NCBI RefSeq assembly: GCF_009914755.1
Contig: NC_060936.1
Length of the DNA stretch: 64,000 nucleotides
Strand: one strand, 5' to 3'
Source: the human T2T-CHM13v2.0 reference genome, Homo sapiens
The notes beneath the pieces were generated by a model, which saw nothing but the letters and a program-made list of their open reading frames with translations, did not search any database and was not told where the DNA came from. A program made the translations under genes and the position numbers. This document shows positions 54,103 to 64,000 of the stretch, in pieces (within the stretch, counting starts at the first letter, position 1; each line of letters opens with the position of its first letter).

Positions 54103-54502
54103 CCTCTGAGTATTTCATACTTTCTCTTTTCTCCTTGGACCTTCAGCACCTTCCCATTCTTACTCTAGCTGATGACCTCGCTTCCTATTTTACTTTCCCG
54201 TTTTATAGAAGACCAAAATAATCTAAGAGACATCCACAGGTGCACACAGCTGAATAGACTCATTACTTGAATCTGTGTCCAATGTTCTGTCCTGTTAACT
54301 CAGGTGTCCATGGGCCTGGCTAAGGTCAGCTGCTTTATTTTTGCACTAAATCCCATCTTCTCTTGCCTAGTCGATCACATGGCCCTGGCAATTCTGCCCT
54401 TTCATCTCTTATCATCAGTGTTTCTCCTTCTGTGTGATTATTCCCAGCAGCCTTCAAATATGCATCACTTCTTCCATTAAAGATAACAGTAACAAAACTC
54501 TT

Positions 54503-54620
54503 GAATTGCTTGAGCCAGGGAGAAGGAAGTTGCAGAGAGCCGAGATCACGCCACTGCACTCCAGTCTGGGTGACAGAGCGAGACCCTGTCTCAAAACAAA
54601 ACAAACAAAAAAACAAAAAC
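54503..54620 (+). mobile_element. Truncated Alu right arm with (CAAAA)n tail
   Basis: GAATTGCTTGAGCCAGGGAG...CACTCCAGTCTGGGTGACAGAGCGAGACCCTGTCTCAAAA. Confidence 0.85.
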
Positions 54621-55352
54621 TACAAAAACTTCTCTTGGCCTAATTTCTCCTCCAGTTGCCATTCCATTTCTCTTCTTCCTTTATACCAAATTGCTTGGAA
54701 AGAGTAAGCTACACTCGATGCCTTCTCATTTTGCTCTTCTCATTCTCTCTTGAATCCTTTCCAATCAGGCTTCTTCCCCACCACTCCAAAACTGGTTTTT
54801 ATGAGGTCAACGACTGGCCTCTAAGTTGTTCCATCCAAACAGCGTTCTTATTTGTCATTACCTGAGTATTTATTTTATCATGCTCTTCTCCCTGAAACAC
54901 TTGCTTCACCTGACAAACAAAACCTCATGATTGCCTAGCTTTCCACCTACCTCTCTGGGAGCTCCTGTGGGACTCCCTTTCTGATTCTTCTTTATTGCCC
55001 CAACCTCAGATACTGGAGAAGTCCTGGGGTCAGCATAGGAACCTTGTCCCTTTGCATTCCACTCTTGCTCTCTTGGTGGTCTCATCCAGCCTCATGTCTT
55101 TAAATTCCATATTATGTGCTCTGATTACTTCCAATTTCATATCATATCCTGGACCTCTTCCCTGAACTCCAGATTCATTTATGTGTCAAATGCCCATTTA
55201 ACTTATCCATAGGGATATTGAATAAGCATTTCAAACTTAGTATGTCCAAAATGGCTCTCTTTATTTTCTCCCCTAAAACCTGCTTCTCCTGCAATCTTCC
55301 TTGTCTCAAGAAATGACCACATTCGTTGATCTTCACAGACAAAAACTCTTAA

Positions 55353-56070
<718 letters not shown>

Positions 56071-56578
56071 AGTTTAACTACTCTTATCAACTCACTTTTA
56101 ATATCCTGGCCAAACCATCATCATGTATTGCCTAGATTATGAGGAACAGCTTCCTAACTGGTCTCTCTACTTCTGTTCTTGCTTCCTCTATAGTCTATTG
56201 TTAACACAGTAGCCAGAGCTACCCACTTAAAACCTGTCAGATCATGTAAATCTTCTGTTTGCAATTTTCCAATGTCTTTCCCATATCATTCAGAATAAGT
56301 CATAAAGTTCACATGGTGCCTATGAAACCCTAGCCATGCTGAACCTGTTCCCCATCTTTCCTCTACATAGTCACTCCTCACTTCCTCCACTTCTACCACT
56401 GTGGCCTCCATGCTATTGTTTCACGTGCCAAGCACATTCTTGCCTCAGGGCCTTTTCAATTATTTTTCCTTCTGTCTGGAATGCTTTTCCCCAGATACCT
56501 TTGTGGCTCATCCCTCGCTTGAAGGTTTTACTGAAATGTCAAGTTTCTGTTTAGGCATTTTCCAACCAGCCTGTCTAA

Positions 56579-57029
<451 letters not shown>

Positions 57030-57662
57030 AGGATGGGAATTTTAAAATATTTCATTCACCACAATATCTTCAGTCCCTAGAACAGTGCCTGGTGCCAAAT
57101 AGATATTTGCTTGATGCATAAATGAACTCTGCTAAATGCTGTTAAGAACTGAGTAAAATAAGGACATAGAAAGTCTAAAAACTTTTAGCTGCATAGGTGC
57201 AGGTACTGAATAGGCAGATAGTCAGATTTAACCAGGGTTTGTTTCAGCCCCACAACCACTTCATTTCCCCAGTTCCTCACTTATTACAGGTAAGACTGTG
57301 GAAAATTTAACACCTTCGTGTCTCAATTTCCAACTATGAACAGAAAATCATAAAGTGTCTATCCTCCATTAAATAGGAGGGTAGATGTTAATACATGTGA
57401 AGTACTTAGAACAATGGGACAATAAACAGTGCTCAATACATGCTATTGATCATCAGTCTTGTTGTTCTAGTGATTATTGGTAAAGCACTCTTCCCTCTGC
57501 TTCCATGATACCACGTTTCTAGTTTCCTCCTACCTGATTGGCTATTCCTCCCCTCTTCTCTGCTGGTTCTTCCTCCCTTATCAGACCACTAAACATTAGA
57601 ATGGGCCCCAGGGCTCAGTGCTAGGTGCACTTCTTTCCTTTAAAGCTCTCTCCCTAGATGAT

Positions 57663-58156
57663 TGTGATGGTTAATACTGAGTGTCAACTTGATTGGATTG
57701 AAGAATGCAAAGTATTGATCCTGGGTTTGTCTGTGAGGGTGTTGCCAAAGGAGATTAACATTTGAGTCAGTGGGCTGGGGAAGGCGGACCCACCCTTCAT
57801 CTGGGTGGGTACCATCTAATCAGCTGCCAGTGAATATAAAGAAGACAGAAAAATGTGAAAGGGCTAGGCTGGCCTAGCCTCCCAGCCCACATCTTCCTCC
57901 CGTGCTGGATGCTTCCTGCCCTCGAACATCGGACTCCAAGTTCTTCAGTTTTGGAACTTAGACTGGCTCTCCTTGCTCTTCAGCTTGCAGATAGCCTATT
58001 GTGAGACCTTGTAATCGTGTGAGTTAATATTTAAAAAGCTCATATGTGTATATATATAATAGGAAATATAATATATTTATATATATTTACATATATTTAT
58101 ATATTTTATATATATATATAAATCTATATATATGTGTAAATATGTATATATATATA
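57663..58156 (+). mobile_element. MLT2A1/A2 (HERV-L) LTR, 3' end missing, ending in an AT-rich repeat
   Basis: TGTGATGGTTAATACTGAGTGTCAACTTGATTGGATTGAAG...GTGTTGCCAAAGGAGATTAACATTTGAGTCAGTGGGCTGGGGAAGGC. Confidence 0.9.
58041..58156. repeat. Degenerate (TA)n repeat
   Basis: Direct reading. Confidence 0.9.
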
Positions 58157-59434
58157 AGCCTCCACCTGGATGGCTTAGCACTGTGGTCTTTGCTTTCTGA
58201 CATGCTTTCTATAGTGTTTAAAGGAATTCTGCAGAAATCTTCTAAGTTTAGTGTAGATATGTGTATGTTTCACAAGTGGATAATGACATTTCACCCAATG
58301 AGATTTCCACCCAATGACAGAACAAGCTTCAGCAAAGGCGATGCATAACCATAACTTCTACTCAAAGGCATACAGAGAGAGATGAGTCTCCAGTTAGAAG
58401 AAAATCAACTAATTTTGTATAACCAGCTTTTATTGAGCAATCTCTGAACTTCTTACTTAAGAAACCAGATTTCAAACATGATAGCTTATTTTCTAGTTCC
58501 CCAGATCCACATACATATAGGCTTCCTGGAAAGAAAGGTACAAGTAGAGAATGCCAGACACACTACAGATTGCCAAAATACACTCATTTGATTTTCCAAT
58601 GGCATCAATGTGGCAGCTGGATCCAAGATCCCAGGACTTACTCAACAGAAAAAACAGAGACTGGCCTTTGGTAATTCATTGGCTTAGATATAAATCAGCC
58701 AGGGGAATGGAGCCTTTTTTTTCCCCCTAAAATATTGATCAGTTGTCTTTCACTAAGATATATTGATCTAATAAAAGAGACATAGAAATTGATCCTGAAC
58801 CCAACTTTGCAGTGCATGATGAGTCTCTTGACAGCCATGAAAAAAATCAATTTATGTGTAATTAAAAAGAATGATAAAAAATTAACATAAATGAAAATTG
58901 AAAAACAGAATCCTACCTATCCAGTTGCATTTTGGGATATTTCTTCCCATATATGTCTAGTTTAACAAAGTTTTAAAGCTTCTTTGCCTAGAGGTAAAAT
59001 AAGTTTTCAGCTTCCTGTCTGTGTTATACAAAAGGATGTCTTAGAGCCTCTGATCTTCCTGAGGAGATGACCCCACCTAAATCTCCAGGGAAAGTCCCTT
59101 TGTTTTAGGTTCCAGGCCTTCCCTTTTGCAATTTCCCTCTGACTTTACCTTGAGACAACTTCTTCCTCTCTCTTAAACTTTTCTGTGCTCTTTCACTTCC
59201 TTCCTCTCCCTTCCCTGGCTTCCTCCCTAGTCAGACCCGCCCTTGAATAAACACATGTATCCTGAAGTGTTATTGATCAGTTATACTAATTGTGTTATTT
59301 TTAGGTATTTTACATTTTATCAGTAGATAAATCCCTTTTGAAGTTAAAGTCATCAAAATAGAATTTGACTTGTGAAATTTTATTCACCAGCCCTCTTGAG
59401 GAAATTATGGCATGTAGGAATTATATAAGCTGTA

Positions 59435-59620
59435 GAGCAAGCAGGCTTGGATTGATCGTCTGTTCTGCCAATTAACAACTAGGTGACCTTATGTAGATTA
59501 TGGAACCTCACTGAACCTCTTTAAAATGGAAATTGTAATGTCTATTCCACAGGGTTTCTGAGAGGATTAGGTCAAATAACATATGGAGACATTCTAGCAC
59601 AAATCCTGACACACAGTTGC
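59435..59620 (+). mobile_element. MIR fragment
   Basis: TCTGCCAATTAACAACTAGGTGACCTT...TTTAAAATGGAAATTGTAAT...GAGAGGATTA. Confidence 0.6.
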
Positions 59621-60119
59621 CTTCAGATGAGTCTCCCTCCCCTACTTTTCCTTATATCATCTGACATGGATTCATGACACTTCTTAGGACCTATGTCAAG
59701 CCTTTCCCCATTACTTAGACCTCACTAGGAAGAAGCTGGGTTCAAACTAGACTGACAACAGCAGTAGGCAGGAAACTGGGTAAAGTTCTGGAGCAATGCT
59801 TGCTGAAGGACTTAATTTGAGAAGCACAGGGGATCCTGGGGCAACTATCAGCAATTGGGACCTTCCTCCACTCTGTGAATGATAGAGTTGTGGAAGGTCC
59901 CATTGGGTCACTAAGACACAGTGATGAGTAACCAAATAGAAAGTTCAGAGGTTCCATCAAGCGCATGTATTGAAAAATCTTCGTGTCAAATCTTCACTGG
60001 ACAAAGATGAATAAAACATTCTCGTCAAGAAGCTAAATAGGACAATATGGCATGGCCATTAAGAAAAAGGCCAACTGTCCAGTGTGGATGCCCTTCCATT
60101 GCTGGCTGGTAGAGTGTTT

Positions 60120-60985
60120 GAACAAGGGTCTAGGGAGTGTGGCTGGGCCAGATCTAGAGTGACTTCTCAGGCCTTACTTCTCAGGCCTTACTGAGGAGTT
60201 TGTACATTGCTTTGTAGATAATAGTCACTGGAGAATTTTGAATTTGAGAGTATTCTAGAAATACTATGATAGTAGCACAAAGAAAGTTTATTTAAGAAGG
60301 CTGGCCTGGATGAATAAAAACCATTTAAGATACCATTGAAATAATAAAAGAAAAAAGGGAGAAGGAACTAAGAGAAGGGAGAAGAAGTAAGGCATTGGCA
60401 GTGAGAATTGATAGGGACAGCTTCAATAATTATTAGGAGGTAGAATTAAGAGGGCAAAGTGACTTCTGAACTGTATTCCAGGAAGTGGAAGGAGCTAGAA
60501 TGGTTTCTGTTTTAGCTGCTAGTGTGGACATCAGAAATGGAACAGTGTTGTGGAAAAGGCAAGTTCAGTTTTCGATGCTTTCAGTTTGAGGCACTTAATG
60601 GGCCACCCAGTGGACGATGTCCAATAGACAGTTGGATTTATGAATCAAGAGCTCAAGAAAGAACTGGCTTGGAAAAACAGGATCGAGAGTCATCAGCCTG
60701 TTGTTGGTGGTTGATGTCATAAGATTCAATTAAATTGTCTAAGAAGAATATTTAGAGGAAAAGAGGGAATAAGCAGACTCTCCTAGATCACTAAAGTTTT
60801 GGCAGCAGACAAAAGTAGAAGTGGTATGAGAACACATCGAGAAGTACTTACAGAAGTAGGATGAGAATGGGAATAAATTAATGTCATAGAAGTAAAGACA
60901 AGAAAGAATATCTGAGCAGCAGTGTTAATGCTGCACAGAGGGCAAGTACAATAAGGACCAAGAAGCATCCTCTGCAGGTAACAAG
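60120..60985 (-). mobile_element. Old L2 fragment
   Basis: AGTTCAGTTTTCGATGCTTTCAGTTTGAGG...GATGTCCAATAGACAGTTGGAT...GAGCTCAAGA. Confidence 0.55.
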
Positions 60986-61857
60986 GCCACATCTACAGCT
61001 GAAGGAGTCAGTCCTGTGGATTGAAAAAATCAAGGAGGGACCCTAACCTATGAGGGACCTGTGATAGGTACAACTTACCAAAACAGACACTCAGGAACAA
61101 GGACCAAGAAAGATGCCCAACAACACAAGTTGGTGGCAAAGATGAGGCTGGTCTCAGACCAGGAGAGAGCACATTTATCAAACAGATGTTCAAGGTTGGG
61201 GGTCAGTGAAGAGCATAGGTGAATTGACACGAAGCCCCAGACTTACTTAAATATATTACTAGAATAGGGCCAAACTTACAGGTTTCTGTCAAATGACGGA
61301 AGCTTTTTGGGAGCCACCTTTTCTACTTAAATCATTTCTTTACATCTTGGGTTAGTCAGTGCAATTTGGATTGAAAGTATCATAAACCCAACTCAAACTA
61401 GCTAAAGTAAAAAGGGAACAATATTGGAAGAATATGATATATCTCATATAGTTAAAAGATTGAACAATGAAATAACAAACGATGATATGCAGGTAATCAT
61501 CAGGAAAATGGAAACTCGAGTCAAGTCCTGCCAGGATCCTCTTTCTCAATTTCTCCTCACCTCTTCTTTTCTTCATGTTAACTTCATTCTCTCTACATAA
61601 ACCACTTCCTCACCAATAGTACCCAAGTTTGTATCTTACCATTAGGGAGAGCCAGTTCTAAAAATACCTCAGGGACAGACTTGATTGGGCCTGGTACCAC
61701 CTGTGGTGGCTGAAGAGTGACCAGGAATCACACTTCTGGAATGGGCAAAGTAGAGAGGAGCACTCTACAGAAAAAAAGGGTCGAAAGAGCTGGGTTGACA
61801 AAGCAATTGATGCCCAGTCTGCACATTCAACTTCAAAGAAGATTTAGGGTATATTAA

Positions 61858-61990
61858 TAGTGTGACCAGATGTCTTTATTTGTCTGGAAAGTCCCTTTTT
61901 ACACCTGTTGTCCTGGTACAATTATTAATAGCACCCTTATCACTTTCAAAAAATGTCCTGATTTGGAAGATAAATTATGCAGTTGTCTTA
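61858..61990 (-). mobile_element. MER94-like hAT-Blackjack MITE
   Basis: TAGTGTGACCA...CCTGTTGTCCTGG..CAATTATTAATAGCACCCTT.TCACTTTCAAAA..TGTCCTGATTTGGA.GATAAATTAT. Confidence 0.7.
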
Positions 61991-62747
61991 TTCAGTGGGA
62001 CTCTGAACTGGCCAAAATAGAGAAGAGAACGAGGTTTGAAAGGGAGGTGAAGATGACAGTGACCTCCTTTAGGGTAGGTTATTCTTCACGGCGGTGCCTC
62101 AGTACCCAGAACATAACATGTGCTCAGAAAATGTTGCATTAAAGATCCAATGTTAAAAAAAAAGAATCTAATGTAATAAAAAGATTTTCTCCTCCAAAGT
62201 GTTTTATGAAGTCATATACGACACATTTTCCCAACTCTATTATAGAGGACTTTTAGACTAATAGTATCATAGAATCTCAAAGCTACCAGGAAATTTTAAA
62301 GATTCTTAGTTCAACCGCTTTCTAATTAGACAGTAAACCTGTGAGCACAGCACTCATGTCTGTTCTGTTCAGTAAATCCTGGACACCCAGGAGCTGGCAA
62401 GTATAGGCATTGAATAAACATTTGATTCTGTTTTCAGGGCTTGCTTTTCTTCAATCATGTTTCTATCATAAGGACATCCGATAGAGGACCACTAATACTG
62501 GAGGTCTCATGCTTGATTAAACAGTCTTCCAGTCTCTGTCTGAGAAAGTCCTCTCTTGTAGTGAGCTGAAATGTGACTCCCTGTAATTTTCACATGTCCT
62601 TGTTTCTCTGTTTCTGAGGCTAACTCTTCTTCCATAGCACAATCTTTAGTCTTCCTTAACCACAGTTTCCTTTTCTTTTCTGACATGGTTTTCAGATCCT
62701 TTGCTATCCTGATCACTTTTGGACATATTCAGTTTGTCCAAAGACCT

Positions 62748-63165
62748 TGCTATGTCTTGAATGCCTCCTCCAAAACTCATGTTGAAACTTAATCCCCAAC
62801 ATGGCAGTATTGAGAGGTAGGGCCTTTAAGAAGTGATTGGGTCTTGAGGGCTCTGACCTCATGAATGGATTAACTCATTCATGGATTAATGGGTTGATAG
62901 ATTGATGGGATATCATGGGAAGGGATCTGGTGGCTTTATAAGAAGAGAAGGAGAGACCTGAGCTAGCATGTTAGCGCACTCAGCCCCCTCACCAGGCACT
63001 GTCTTAGGATGCTAGAGTCCCCTCCAGCAGGAAGGCTCTCACCACAAGCACCCCCTTAAACTTGGACTTCCCAGGCTCCATAACTGTAAGAAACACATTT
63101 ATTTCCTTTATAAATGACCCAGTTTCAAGTATTCTGTTATAAGCAACAGAAAATGGACTAAGACA
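62748..63165 (+). mobile_element. MaLR solo LTR (MSTC/MSTD-like)
   Basis: TG...CA termini with perfect TSD GACCT (62743-62747, 63166-63170). Confidence 0.88.
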
Positions 63166-64000
63166 GACCTGTAGGCGAGTTCAAAGATGTGTTTTGGCCG
63201 TGACAAAAAAAAAAAAAAAAATGAAAGGCAATCTCACATCGTTCCTTCAAGAAAATTAAGTTTCTATTAATATTAAGCTAAGATTATTCAGATGTTTTTA
63301 GCCATGTCTCACTACTGACTCACATATAGTTTCTCATTAATTATTTTTAATTAGGTATAGCCTCAGTATTTGAAGTTTGAGTAGAAAGAGAAGCAGAGTT
63401 TTACATGTGTTTCTGCCAAAGTCAGATCTGCTCTATCACTTCTTATGCAATCAGTGTATTGAATTGTGTTAGAGCCTTGAATTTATCCCTGTTAAATGCC
63501 ACAGCAACATGCTTTACAAGAGTTTCAAATGTTTTTGCATCGTAACTTTGATATCAGAATCTTTTTTGACTCTCCCATTTTGTTGTTGTCCTCATATCTA
63601 ATGGGTAAAGTATACTTGAAAGAAAGTGGCAATCACTATGATTTTATGAGCCAGGGTCTCTTAAAAAACATTTTCACAGATTTAGTACCCTGGTAGGTAA
63701 CCAACGAGTTACAAAGCAGCACATCTCACTAAAAAGAAAATTTTGCAAAAATTGAAACTGTTCCGCCCTGAATGAGTTGCCTTCTAAGATATTTCCTGAT
63801 CACTGGTAGGTGTAGACAGACAGGATAACCATCTGTCCAGGATGTTTTACTGGGAATTCCTGCACTGGGTGGGACTTTAGACTAGATTACCTCCAAAGAT
63901 ATTTTCAGCTCGTAGATTCCATGTACAGTACACATTTACTATTAATAGCCTACATTGGATTTTTTTATCATCCCATAGCTGAGAGGACATTACATTTTCC

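Noticed and set aside
62500-63660. Possible L3/CR1 fragments around the last MST LTR
   Set aside because: Similarity is too faint to call by eye; it needs an HMM search.

Overview
This is repeat-rich primate (most likely human) nuclear DNA with no recognisable conserved protein-coding gene. The dominant element is a two-LTR, internally deleted HERV-H provirus on the minus strand (42372-47911). It has LTR7-type LTRs of 453 bp each, a GGGGT target-site duplication, a tRNA-His primer-binding site, a polypurine tract, an intact leader splice donor, and decayed gag/pro/pol/env remnants. The rest is a mosaic of Alu, MIR, L1, L2, MaLR, ERVL and ERV1 solo LTRs, hAT DNA-transposon relics and microsatellites. 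The most interesting signal is a chain of five candidate exons in unique sequence on the minus strand, downstream of the provirus: 36795-36919, 34341-34525, 33328-33483, 23199-23260 and 16981-17087. With canonical AG/GT boundaries they join in frame into a 181-aa ORF without a recognisable domain, which suggests a spliced lncRNA or de novo ORF that the HERV-H LTR7 promoter and splice donor could drive. Repeat subfamily names come from recalled consensus sequences and need RepeatMasker/Dfam confirmation. The locus was not identified.
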